Origin: Mobula hypostoma
Lineage: Eukaryota
Direction of reading: 5' to 3'
Length of the DNA: 64,000 nucleotides
Assembly (NCBI RefSeq): GCF_963921235.1
Contig: NC_086101.1
Location: 15,934,001-15,998,000 of the forward strand
Shown here: piece by piece, positions 11,491-24,300 of the stretch
Numbering within the stretch: the first letter of the stretch is position 1
Layout: each line of letters begins with the position of its first letter
Notes under the pieces: model-generated
What the model saw: the letters and a program-made list of their open reading frames with translations, nothing else
What the model was told of the DNA's origin: nothing
Database searches by the model: none
Position numbers and translations under genes: made by a program

Positions 11491-12019
11491 GTTTACGGGA
11501 TGCTATGTGATCTTCTACAATTAGGTGTTTCATTGCATCCATGAATATGACAATAAACTCGAGTGTGACTTTTACTCACAGAATTCAACCATGTCAGACG
11601 TGACGATTTGGTGTTATTTTTGGTTATATATTAATGCATCTTTTATCATTATTTTAATTGTTAGATTACATCATTAATATTAAAATTGAATAGTTGTAAC
11701 AAACATCAAATATTAGAGGAAATGCACTTCAGGTGAGAGGGAGAAAGATCAGAGGAGATTATGGAGTATGTGTTCTTCTCTTAAACTTTGAAGTCGATCT
11801 CGTGTGGAGCACTTGCACGGGCAGCTCATTCCACACTCTCATGACCCTCTGAGTGAAGAAGTTTCACCCCATGTTCCCCTTAAACTTCTCATCTTTCATC
11901 CTTAAGCCATGACAAATGGTTATAATCCCACCCAACCTCAATGGAACAAAGCCTGCTTGCAATCATCCTATCTATATCCCTCATAATTCTATAAGTTTCA
12001 ATGAGAATTAAATGCCAGA

Positions 12020-13200
12020 ATCCTGTACATGATTTCAGTTCAGCGTTCAATACCATCATCCCGCAGAGACTAGTGGGGAAACTGTCGCTGCTTGGCCTTA
12101 GCACTGCTATGTGTCGTTGGATTCTGGATTTCTTGACAGAGAGACCACAGTCAGTCCGTGTGGGCAGGAACATCTCTGACTCCATCACACTGAGCACTGG
12201 ATCCCCACAAGGCTGTGTGCTTAGCCCATTGTTGTTTACACTGCTAACACATGACTGTGCAGCCAGATTCAAGGAGAACTTGATTATTAAATTTGCAGAT
12301 GATACCACAGTGGTGGGGCTCATCAGCAAAAATGATGAAACAATGTACAGGGAGGAGGTCAAACACCTAGAGAGCTGGTGCAGGGATAACAACTTGATGC
12401 TTAATGTCACCAAAACCAAGGAGATGATCGTCGATTTCAGACGGTCTCAGCCTGATCACACACCCTTCAGCATCAGCGGCTGCACAGTGGAGAGACTGGA
12501 AAACATCAAGTTCCTTGGGGTGCAGATCTCGGACAATCTCACCTGGTCCAGGAACACCACTGGGATTGTGAAACGGGTCCAGCAGAGATTGCACTTTCTG
12601 AGGAAGTTTAAACAAGCATCACTCCCCACTAACATCTTAACTACATTCTACAGAGGCGTGGTTGAGAGTGTGCTGACCTTTTGCATCACAACCTGGTACT
12701 CCAGCTGCAGTGCTGTCGACAAAAAAGCCTTGCAGAGGGTGGTTAGGGGAGCAGAGAAGGTTATTGGGGTCTCCCTACCTTCTGTCCAAGACCTCTTTCA
12801 GAGTCGATGCCTCCAGAAGACACGGTACATCATTAAAGACCCCTCACACCCTCTCCAAGAACTGTTTGTTCTTCTGCCATCAGGCAAACGTTACAGGAGC
12901 ATCAAAACTAAAACCACAAGGCTACTAAACAGCTTCCTCCCACAGGCAGTCAGACTGCTAAATAGCTGCTCCACCTGACTCTGCTTTGGACACTTTTAAC
13001 TTGCACTGGACACTTATAACTGATTTTAACTGACATGTGGCTATTGTGTTTTACTATTTATTGTTATGTTTATTATTTAGTGCTGCGTTTGTTATGTTAT
13101 GATTGCACTGCCCCTGAGAAATGCTGTCTCATTCTGCCCTGCAGAGCTGGTGTATGGTTAGAATGACAATAAAGTTTTTTGAATCTTGAATCTTGAATCT
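12020..13200 (+). mobile_element. Rex-Babar/L2-like LINE, 5'-truncated, open RT C-terminal ORF and (tcttgaa)n tail
   Basis: 325-aa ORF with [32 protein letters not shown] and [13 protein letters not shown]; aataaa followed by tcttgaa repeats at about 13168-13200. Confidence 0.9.
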
Positions 13201-13279
13201 TTGAGATCCCCCTTCATTGCTCTAAACCAGGGAGTACAGGTACAGAGCTATCAAGTGCTCCTCATACCATAATCTTTTC

Positions 13280-13550
13280 ATAGTCATAGTCATAGTCATA
13301 CTTTATTGATCCCGGGGAAAACTGGTTTTCGTTACAGTTGCACCATAAATGATAAATAGTAATAGAACCATAAATAGTTAGATAGTAATATGTAAATTAT
13401 ACCAGTAAACTATAAAATAAGTCCAGGACCAGCCTATCGTCTCAGGATGTTTGACCCTCCAAGGGAGGAGTTGTAAAGTTTGATGGACACAGGCAGGAAT
13501 GACTTCCTATGACGCTCTGTGCTGCATCTCGGTGGAATGAGTCATTCATT
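13280..13550 (-). mobile_element. LINE 3' end with (catagt)n tail
   Basis: catagtcatagtcatagtcatactttattg is the reverse complement of aataaa plus a microsatellite tail. Confidence 0.55.
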
Positions 13551-14639
13551 CTGAATCATTCTCTTGAACCTCCTCTGGACTGTATCCAGTACCAACACAT
13601 CTTTTCTTAGATATGGGGCCCAGAACTGCTCTCAATGCTCCAAGTGCAGTCGACCAATGCCTTATAAAGCCTGAGCATCACAGTCTTCCTTTTATACTCT
13701 AATCCTCGTGGAATGAATACTAACTTTTCATTTGCCTTCCTTACCACTGACTCAATCTGTAAGTTCACATTTGGGAATCTTGAACAGGGGCTTCTAAGTC
13801 CCGTTGCACCTCTAATTTTTGAATTTTATCCCCATTTAGAAAGTAGTCTATGCCTTTATACCTTCTACCAAAGTGCATGACCATTCACTTCTCTACACTA
13901 TATTCCATCTGCCACTTTACCCATTTTCCCAGTCTGTCAGAATCCCTGCTTCCTCAACACTACCAGCCCTCTCCATCTATCATTGTATCATCTGCAAACT
14001 TGGCCACAACTCCATAACCTCTGCTATTCAAATTGTTGACATACAACATGAAAAGAAGTGCTCCCAACACTGACCCCTGAGGAATACTACTAGTCACCGG
14101 CAGTCAACCAGAATTGGCCCCATTTATTCCAACCTTCCAACCCTCTTGCCAATCAGCCAACCTTCTGTCCACGTTAGCATCTCTCCTGTTATACCATGGG
14201 GTCTTATCTTGTCATTCAGCCTCATGTGTGGCACCTTGTCAAAGGCCTTCTGAAAATCCACATAAGCAACATACACATCGGAAACTCCCTTGTCTATCCC
14301 GCCTGTTATTTCCTTTAAGAATTCCAATAGATTGGTCAGGCAATATTTCTCCTTAAGGAATCAATTCTGAATTTGGCCTATTTTATCATGCGCCTACAAG
14401 TACCCTGAAACCTCATTCTTAATAATGGACTCCAACCTCTTCACAACACTGAAGTCAGGCTAACTAGCAGATAATTTCCTCCTTCTCCCTCCCTTCCAGA
14501 AGAACGAACTAGCTTACCTTCATATTTCATCTTTTCTCTCCTTATGGATTTTAGATGCCTTCTGTTGGTTTTTAAAAGCTTCCCAATCCCCTAACATCTC
14601 GCTGTTTTTCTATATTATATGCCCTCTCTTTTGCTTTTA

Positions 14640-16430
14640 TAGAAATATAGAAACATAGAAACCTACAGCACAATACAGGCCCTTAGGCCCACAAAGTTGT
14701 GCTGAACTTGTCCCTACCTTAGAGATTACTAGGGTTGCCCATAGCCCTCTATTTTTCAAAGCTTCATGTACCTATCCAAAAGTCTCTTAAAAAACCCTAT
14801 CGTATCCGCCTTCACCAACGTTGCCGGCAACCCATTCCACACACTCACCACGCTCTGCATAAAAAACTTACCCCTGACATCTCATCTGTAACTACTCCCA
14901 AGCACCATAAACCTGTGCCCTCTTGTGGCAGCCATTTCGTCTCTGGGATAGAACCTCTGAATATCCACACGATCAATGCCTCTCATCCTCTAGTACACCT
15001 CTTTCAGGTCACCTCCCATCCTCTAGCGCTCCAAGGAGAAAAGGCCAAGTTCTCTCAACCTGTTTTCATAAGGTATGCTCCCCAATCCAGGCAACATCCT
15101 TGTAAATCTCCTCTGCACCCTTTCTATGATTTCCACATCATTCCTGTAGTGAGGCGACCAGAACTGAGCACAGTACTCCAAGGGGTGTCTGACCAGGGTC
15201 CTATATAGCTGCAACATTATCTCTCGGCTCCTAAATTCAATTCCACGATTGATGAAAGGCAATACACCATATGCCTTCTTAACCACAGAGACAACCTACA
15301 CAGCTGCTTTGAGCGTCCTATGGACTCGGACCCCAAGATCCCTCTGATCCTCCACACTGCCAAGAGTCTTACCATTAATACTATATTCCGCCATCATATT
15401 TGACCTACCAAAATGAACCACTTCACACTTATCTGGGCTGAATTCCACCTGCCACTTCTCAGCCCAGTTTTGCATCCTATCAATGTCCCGCTGCAACCTC
15501 TGACAGCTGTCTACACTATCCACAACGCCGCCAATCTTTGTGTCATCAGAAAACTTACTAACTGTAATTCCACTTCCTTATCCAGGTCATTTATAAAATT
15601 CAGAAGGAGTAGAGGTCCCAGATCAGATCCCTGAGCCACACTACTGGTGAACGACCTCCATGCAGAATATGACCCGTCTACAACCACTCTTTGCCTTCTG
15701 TGGGCAAGCCAGTTCTGGATCCACAAAGGAATGTCCCCTTGGATCCCATGCCTCCTTACTTTCTCAATAAGCCTTTCATGGGGTACCTTATGAAATGCCT
15801 TGCTGAAATCCATATATGCTATATCTACTGCTTTTCCTTCAACAATATGTTTAGTCACATCCTCAACAAATTCAATCAGGCTCGTAAGGCACGACCTGCC
15901 CTTGGCAAAGCCATGCTGACAATTCCAAATCAGATTATAACTCCCCAAATATTCATAAATCCTGCCTCTCAGGATATTCTCCATCAACTTACCAACCACT
16001 GAAGTAAGACTCACTGGTCTACAATTTCCTGGGCCATCTCTACTCCCTTTCTTGAATGAGGGAACAACATCCGCAACCCTCCAATCCTCTGGAACCTCTC
16101 CGGGGATTGTTGATGCAGAGATCATCACCAGAGGCTCAGCAATCTCCTCCCTCGCCTTCCACAGTAGGTTAGGGTACATCCCATCAGGTCCTGGCGACTT
16201 ATCCAACTTGATGCTTTCCAAAAGCTCCAGCACAACCTTTTTCTTAATATCTACATGTTCAAGCTTTTCAGTCTGCTGTAAGTCATCACTACCATCACCA
16301 AGATCCTTTTCCATAGTGAATACTGAAGTAAAGTATTCATTAAGTACCTCTGTTATTTCCTCCGGTTCCATACACACTTTCCCACCATCACACTTGATAG
16401 GTCCTATTCTTTCACATCTTATCCTCTATT
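14640..16430 (-). mobile_element. CR1 ORF2 RT and 3' UTR
   Basis: ORFs 15511-16377, 15296-15523 and 15023-15286 (NCRPVSLTS, MDFSKAFHKVPH, LEYCAQFWSP); tagaaa-repeat tail at 14640. Confidence 0.92.
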
Positions 16431-16669
16431 ATCTAGCTCTCAGAACCTTACGCTGCCTTTGACTTTGTTTGTTAGCCCCCGTTGACTTATCTTCCCTTTA
16501 GAAAACTTGTTCATCTTTGGGATGTATCTCTTTTGTTCTTCCCACATTACCCCCAGAAGCTCCAGCCATTGTTGCTCTGCTATCATACCTGATAGTGACC
16601 CCTTCCAATCAACTTTGGCCAGCTGCACTCTCATGCCTCTGTAACTCCCTTTACTCCACTGTAATACTA

Positions 16670-18900
16670 TAACCATATAACCATATAACAATTACAGCAC
16701 GGAAACAGGCCATCGCGGCCCTTCTAGTACGTGCCGAACTCTTACTCTCACCTAGTCCCACCGACCTGCACTCAGCCCATAACCCTCCATTCCTTTCCTG
16801 TCCATATAGCTATCCAATTTAACTTTAAACAACAACATCGAACTTGCCTCAACCACTTCTGCTGGAAGCTCGTTCCACACAGCTACCACTCTCTGAATAA
16901 AGAAGCTCCCCCTCATGTTACCCCTAAACTTTTGCCCTTTAACTCTCAACTCATGTCCTCTTGTTTGAATCTCCCCCACTCTCAATGGAAAAACCTATCC
17001 ACGTCAACTCTATCTTTCACCCTCATAATTTTAAACACCTCTATCAAGTCCCCTCTCAACCTTTTACCCTCCAAAGAATAAAAACCTAACTTGTTCAACC
17101 TGTCTCTGTAACTTAGGAGATGAAACCCAGGCAACATTTTAGTAAATCTTCTCTGTACTCTCTCAACTTTATTGATATATTTCCTATAATTCGGTGACCA
17201 GAACTGTACACAATACTCCAAATTTGGCCTTACCAATGCCTTATACAATTTAAACATTACATCCCAACTCCTATACTCAATGCTCTGATTTATAAAGGCT
17301 AGCATACCAAAAGCTTTCTTCACCACTCTATCCACATGAGATTCCACCTTCAGGGAACTATGCACCATTATTCCTAGATCCCTCTGTTCTACAGCATTCT
17401 TCAATGCCCTACCATTTACCATGTATGTCCTATTTTGGTTAGTCCTACCAAAATGTAGCACCTCACATTTTTCAGCATTAAACTCCATCTGCCATCTTTC
17501 AGCCCACTCTTCTAAATGGCCTAAATCTCTCTGCAAGCTTTGGAAACCTACTTCATTATCCACAACGCCACCTATCTTAGTATCATCTGCATACTTACTA
17601 ATCCAATTTACAACCCCATCATCCAGATCATTTATATATATGACAAACAACATTGGAACCAGTACAGATCCCTGAGGCACACCACTACACACCGTCCTCC
17701 AATCTGACACACAGTTATCCACCACTACTCTCTGACGTCTCCCATCCAGCCACTGCTGAATCCATTTTACTACTTCGATATTAATGCCTGACGATTGAAC
17801 CTTCCTAACTAACCTTCCGTGTGGAACCTTGTCAAAGGCCTCATTGAAGTCCATATAGACAACATCCACCACACTACCCTCATTAGCCTTCCTAGTAACC
17901 TCATCAAAAAATTCAATAAGATTTGTCAAACACGATCTTCCATGCACAAATCCATGTTGACTGTTCCTATAATTATATATACAATCTCTAAGAATACCTT
18001 CCATCAATTTACCCACCACTGATGTCAAACTCACAGGCTGATAATTGCTAGGTTTACTCTTAGAACCCTTTTTAAACAATGGAACCACATGAGCAATACG
18101 CCAATCCTCTGGCACCATCCTCGTTTCTAATGACATTTGAAATATTTCTGTCAGAGCCCCTGCTATTTCCACACTAATTTCCTTCAAGGTCCTATGGAAT
18201 ATCTTGTCCGGAATCGGAGACTTAGACACTTTTATATTCCTTAAAAGCACCTGTACTTCCTCCTCTTTAATCATCATAGCTTCCATAACTACCCTACTTG
18301 TTTCCCTTACCTTACACAATTCAATATCCTTCTCCTTAGTGAATACCGAAGAAAAGAAATTGTTCAAAATCTCCCCCATCCCTTTTGGCTCCGCACATAG
18401 CCGTCCAATCTGATTCTCTAAGGGACCAATTTTATCTCTCACTATCCTTTTGCTGTTAATATAACTGTGGAAACCCTTTGGATTTATTTTCACCTTACTA
18501 GCTAAAGCTGCCTCGTATTTTCTTTTAGCTTTTCTAATTTCTTTCCTAAGATTCTTCTTATATTCTTTATATTCCTCGAGCACCTCATTAACTCCAAGTT
18601 GCCTATATTTATTGTAGATCCCTCTCTATTTCCAAACCAAGTTTCCAATATCCCTTGAAAACCATGGCTCTCTCAAACTTTTAACCTTTCCTTTCAACCT
18701 AACAGGAACATAAAGATCCTCTACCCTCAAAATTTCAGCTTTAAATGACCTCCATTTCTCTATAACATCCTTCCCATAAAACAAATTGTCCCAATCCACT
18801 CCTTCTAAATCCTTTCGCATCTCTTCAAAGTTAGCCTTTCTCCAATCAAAAATCTGAACCCTGTGTCCAGTCCTATCCTGCTCCATAATTATATTGAAAC
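16670..18900 (-). mobile_element. Younger CR1 ORF2 (533-aa open stretch) inserted into an older CR1
   Basis: ORF 16982-18583 with NYQPVSLTS, PQGSVL and KYADDTKIGG; (aaccatat)n tail at about 16670-16690. Confidence 0.95.
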
Positions 18901-19560
18901 TAATGGTACATCTGGTAATGGTACTGATACATCTGAGTTTATATTCTCCCTCTGAAAATGCAGGGTATATTCTGTCATATTGAGGTCACTACCATCCAAA
19001 TGTTTCTTTGCTTTAATGTCCATTACCAAATTTGGTTCATTACACAACACCCAATCCAGAATCGCCTTTCTCCCACTGGGTTCAACAACAAGCTGATCTA
19101 AAATGTCATCTTGCAAGCATTCTACGAATTCCCTCTCAGGATCCAGCACCAATCTGATTTTCGCAATCTACCTGCACATGGAATTCCACCATGACTATCG
19201 TAACATTGCCCTTGTTAAATGCCTTTTCTAGTTCCTGTTGAAATCTGTATCTCAATTCCTAGCTTCTGTTCGGGAGCCTGTACATAACTTGCATCAGGGT
19301 CTTTTCAGCCTTGCAGTTTCTTAACTGTAGCCATAATAACTCTACATCTTCCAACCCTATGTCACTGCTTTCTAAGGATTTCATTTCATTTTTTACCAGC
19401 AGTGTCACCCCACCCCCCTGCCTACCTGCCTATCCTATTGGTACAAGGTGTATTCTTGGATGTTAAGCTCCCAATTATGATCTTTCTGCGACGTGATGCC
19501 CACAATATCACGTCTGCCAATCTCTAACTGTGCCAAAGATAATCTAACTTATTCTGTATA
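18900..19560 (-). mobile_element. Older CR1 endonuclease region, continuous with 16430-16670
   Basis: FVECLQDDILDQLVVEPSGRKAILDWVL...SDLN; RGSYRGM..QLAKVDW continues at 16440-16690. Confidence 0.75.
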
Positions 19561-19569
19561 ACGTGCAAT

Positions 19570-20330
19570 AAATGGCGACTCCTTTGCTTGCATCCTCGGA
19601 AGCAGCTCTATTTCTATCTTTTTCCCTTTAAAGTTCCTTCTGAAGATCCGACCTGGTTCTTTGTGGGAATGGGACCTGCTCTCAGGGCCTCAAGACCAGC
19701 AACTTTTTGATATCCCGAGGATGGGGCCTGGAAGACTAGCGCGCCTTCAGGGTGCCGGATTTCAGTGGCTCTGGAGATGGGTTGATTCAAGGTCAGTGTC
19801 TGACTGAGGCGTCGCAGGAGAACACGGAATATCGGGAGCAGTGGGCTAGCTGCTGGCTGTGTGCCCAGAGGCCTAAGTTCTTTGGGCAGAGAGCTCGGTA
19901 AAGAATGACACAACAGACTTTTAAGACCTTGTTATCAGTGAGTTGTTTGCTTCGTCTCCTCTCTCATTTTGAAAGAGGGACAACTTTTTTTTCACTTATC
20001 AGGGCAAGGGAGAGCCTGTAGTATGTCGATTTACCGGGTGAATGAGTAGTCTTTGGATTACTGCAAGTCTGTGTCTTTATTGATACTTTGCTGTACGCTT
20101 GACAGCTTGGTGGGGGTCGCCAATGCTTTTTGCAGGTGGGGAAGGGGGGACTCACTGCCTTGCTGCTGCTTGTGTATGGAAGGGGGGAGGGGGGGGTCTT
20201 TGGGTTTCTAACGTTTAACTGTCATTCATTCTTTCGGGAACTCCTCTGCTTTCGTGGATGTTTGTGAAGAAAAATAATTTCAGGATGTATATTATATATA
20301 TTTCCCTGACATTAAACGTACCCATTGACC
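19570..20330. mobile_element. Unclassified interspersed repeat
   Basis: Non-coding, sits between CR1 pieces and ends in a T-rich tail. Family not identified. Confidence 0.35.
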
Positions 20331-20559
20331 CTATTAAAATATAACATCTCAATTCTGTATTCATCACCCTTTTTGATTTTGACCCCATGTTACAGTTCCA
20401 CCCATCCCACTGACTACAATTTTGCTCTGTCATATACATAATCTCATAACACAATGTATCGACTTGAATACCAACTACTCCATCCGCAGCCCTATCACTA
20501 AGGTTCCCATCCCCTTGCCGACTTAGCTTAACCCCTCCCCTACAGTTCGAGCAAACAGG

Positions 20560-21060
20560 CCTGGAGTCACGTGTGCACATAGGTGTGGGGTCAGGTGTGA
20601 ACACAGGTCTGGGTCAGGAATTACACAGGTGCCAGATCAGGTACACACAGGCTCAATGTCAGGTGCATGCACAGGCTTAAGATAAGTGTACGTTGCATGC
20701 ACAGGCTTAAGATAAGTGTGCAAACAAGCTTGTGACATGTGCATAGGCAGACTTGAGATCAGGTTATGAAATAGTCCTAGAGGACAGGCATAGTGTCAGG
20801 TGTGTGCGTAGTGCATAGTGCCTGGTTTGGCTACATTCACTCTCTCTGATTCATGTATATATACAGATGCATACGTGGGCTCAGGGTCAGGCACATATAC
20901 AGACAGAGATCAAATATGTAAAAAGACCCAGTGGTCAGGTACAGACACAGGCCTAGTGGAATCTTAATGCAGAAGCCTGAGGTTCGGTTTGTGCACAGCC
21001 CGGGATCAAGAGCACAAGCTCAGGTCTGTGCACTGTCCAGATACAACGACCTGCAGTTCA
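20560..21060. repeat. Degenerate ~20-bp tandem repeat (gggtcaggtgtgcacacagg-like)
   Basis: Recurring tcagg...cacagg units. Confidence 0.6.
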
Positions 21061-21293
21061 CATCCAGAGACAGGTTAAAGTTCACACCAATTATCAGAGA
21101 CTCTGAGCAAGGTAAAACCCCCTTCCCTGGGGAAATCCCACTCGCCACATTGACACACACCACCCCTCACATTGTACACCATGACCCTCTCTACCTTATT
21201 CCCTTCCTACCATGATGTCAGGGCACCAGGCTTCACCGCTTCATCCTGCTAGTCCAGTCTGCTCATTGGATGGACAACAAGCTGTACCGTTAC

Positions 21294-21359
21294 CTGATAA
21301 TGAACTCTCCTCAGCAGAGGGTCAGTTTGCGGATGGCGATCCATCTCCCTGCTTCCCTG
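21294..21359 (-). CDS. Cytoplasmic exon 4: [22 protein letters not shown] (phase 0-0; NAGNAG acceptor gives 66 or 63 nt)
   Basis: ctattcag/cag acceptor, CAG|gtaacg donor, 99-nt upstream intron. Confidence 0.75.
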
Positions 21360-24300
21360 CTGAATAGAGCACGCAGACAGCAGTGTAACACTGGACCCTA
21401 GGTAATGCTCCATTTGGGCCAAGCCAACTAATCTAGCGGTGGCTGAATCCATACTCACATTTGCATTGGTGGGCAGATCAATTGCTCTTCTGGCTGGAAC
21501 TCCTAAAGAAGGAAAATTAAGCCATGTCACAGATCATAACACCGTAAGACGTAGGAGTATAAGACCCAAGACATAGAAGCAGAATTGGGCCATTCAGCCC
21601 TTCGAATCTCCTCTGCCATTCCATTCTGGATGATTCAGGATCCCACTCAACCCCACACACCTGCCTTCTCGCCATATCCTTTGATGCCCTGACTGATCAG
21701 GAAACGATCAACTTCTGCCTTAAATATACTCACGGATTTGGCCTCCACTGCAGTCAGTGGCAGAGCATTCTACAGATTCATTACTCTCTGCCCCCACCAA
21801 AAAAAAGCATTACTCTGTTTTAAAGGGTCGCCCCTCAATTTTGAGGCTGTGCCCTCTAGTTCTGGATACACCCACCCAAGGAAACATGCTCTCCACTTAA
21901 ACCCTATCTAGTCCTTCCAACATTTGGTAGGTTTCAATGAGATCCTCCCACCTCCACATGCTTCTAAATTCCAGTGAGTACAGGCCCAAAGTTGCCAAAT
22001 GCTCCTCATGTGTTAACTCCTTCATTCCTGGAATCATCCTTGTGAACCTCCTCTGGAATCTCTCCAATGACAACACGTCCTTTCTGAGGTATGGGGCTCA
22101 AAACTGTTGACAACTGTTGACAATACTCCAAGTGCGGCCTGACTAGTGTCTTATAAAGGATTAGCATTATCTCCTTGCTTTTAGATTCGATTCCCCTTGA
22201 CGTGAATGCCTACATTGCATTTGACTTCTTTACTACAAACTCAACCTGTAAGTTAACCTTCTGGGAGTCTTGCATGAGGATCCCTAGGTCCCTATGCACC
22301 TCTGATGTTTGAATTTTCTCCTTATTTACATAATAGTCTGCACTATTGTTCCTTTTACCAAAATGCAGTATCATTCAGTTCCCAACACTGCATCCCATCT
22401 GCCACATTTTTGCCCATTCTTCCAATTTGTTGCAAATGAATTGCTTCTTCAGCGCTATCTACCCCTTCACCTACTTTTCCACAAAGCCATCAATTCAACT
22501 ATCTAAATCATTGACAAACAATGTGAAAAGCAGCGGTCCCAATACTGACTCCTGAGGAGCACAAGTCAACAATGGCAGCCAACGAGAAAAGGCCCTCTTT
22601 ATTCCCACTCACTGTCCTGTGCCTGTTAGCCATTCCTTTATCCATCCATATCTCTTTCCTTTAATGTATTGGATTTCATCTTGTTAAGCAGCTTCATGTG
22701 TTGCACCTTATCAAACGCCTTCTGAAAATCCAGGTAAATGACATCTACTGCCTTTCCTTTGTTCACCCTGCTTGTAACTTCCTCAAAGAACTCTAACAGA
22801 TTTCCCAGGCAAGATTGCCCTTCACAGAAACCATGCTGACTTTGACTTACTTTATCATTAAACTCATCCTTAACAATGGACTCCAACAGTTTTCCCAACC
22901 ACTGGGGTTAGGCTAACAGGCCTATAATTTCCTTTCTTTTGCCTTCCTCTCTTCTTAAAGAGTGAAGTAATATTTGCATTCTTCCAGTCCGCTGCGACCA
23001 TGCCAGAATCAAGTGATTGTTGAAAGATCATGCCCAATGCAAGTTTGATTCTATGACATCAAGAGATTTTAAAAATTCCAAGGTCAAGTTTATTGTTCGA
23101 TGCACAAGTACAGTATGTGCATGTACAGGTGCAATGAAAAGCTTACTTGCAGCAACATCACAGGCATCAGCATCAGGTACACAACATTCACAGAAAAATA
23201 TATGTTAAACATAAAACATACACAACATAGAAACATGAGAAAGTCTGCAGATGATAGAAATCCAAAGTGACACACACAAAGTGCTGGAGGAACTCAGCAG
23301 GATGTATGGAAAAGAATAAACTGTCGATGATTCAGACCGAGGCCCTTCTTCAGGTCTGAGAAGGAAGGGGGAAGATGCCAGAATCAAAAGATGGGGGTGG
23401 GGGGTAGAGAACGAGTCTAGTTAGAAGGTGTTAAGTGAAGCCAGATGGATGGGAAGGGTCAAGGACTGGAGAAGAAAGAATCAGATAGAAGAGAAAAGTG
23501 TACCATAGGAGGAAGGGAACCTAGAGGGAAAGAATAGGCAGGTGAGAAGAAGTAAAAAGTCTGAATGGAGAATAGAGGATGTTGGGAGTTGGGGCGGAAT
23601 TTGCTTCCCAGAAGGAGAAATCAATATTCATGCCATCAGATTCGAGGATACCCAGACCAGGAATAAGGTTTTACTCCTCCACCCTGAGGTTGGCCTCCCC
23701 TTGGCACAAGAGCAGGCCATAGATCGACACGTCAGAATAGGAATGGGATATTGGAATTGACCTATTTGGCCACCAGGGAGTCCCACTTCTTGTAGATGGT
23801 GAGGAGGTGCTCGATGAAGCAGTCCCCCAATTTACAATGTGTCTCCCCAATGCAGAGGAGGCCATATCAGGAGGACCAGACGCAATAGATGTCCCCAGCA
23901 GATTCGCACGTTAAGAGTTGCATCACCTGGAAGGACTGTTTGGGGCCCTGAATGGAGGTGAGGGAGGAGGTCTAAGGACAGGTGTTGGGTTGGCATGGAC
24001 TAGATTCGTCGAAGAATAGAATAGAATTGAACCTTATTGTTGTTGCTCAAGACAACGATATTGTGGTGCTACTCCAGTCCGTGCAAAACAGATATTTACA
24101 AAGCATGAGGTACGGCTTAATTTAAAAAAAAACAGTATTTACATGCAACAAGTGACTTTGCTAGTCCATAACACACAGAAGCCACTGTCAGTATTAGAAG
24201 AACCTGTTTTTGTGTTATGGTGCTCAATGGCTCCAATGATTTAAGAGAAAACCCAACTAGAACAAATACAAAGTCCACTGTAGTGTTACGTTGTTATACT

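Larger units (their letters stand above)
11760..14630 (-). mobile_element. Old CR1 3' region interrupted by two younger LINE insertions
   Basis: CR1 RT remnants ([11 protein letters not shown] at 14124-14327). Sequence resumes at about 13200 and 13550 after the inserts. Confidence 0.8.

Noticed and set aside
21249-21530. 93-aa ORF as one coding exon
   Set aside because: It is two real small exons plus a 99-nt in-frame intron and flanks, bounded by clear splice sites.
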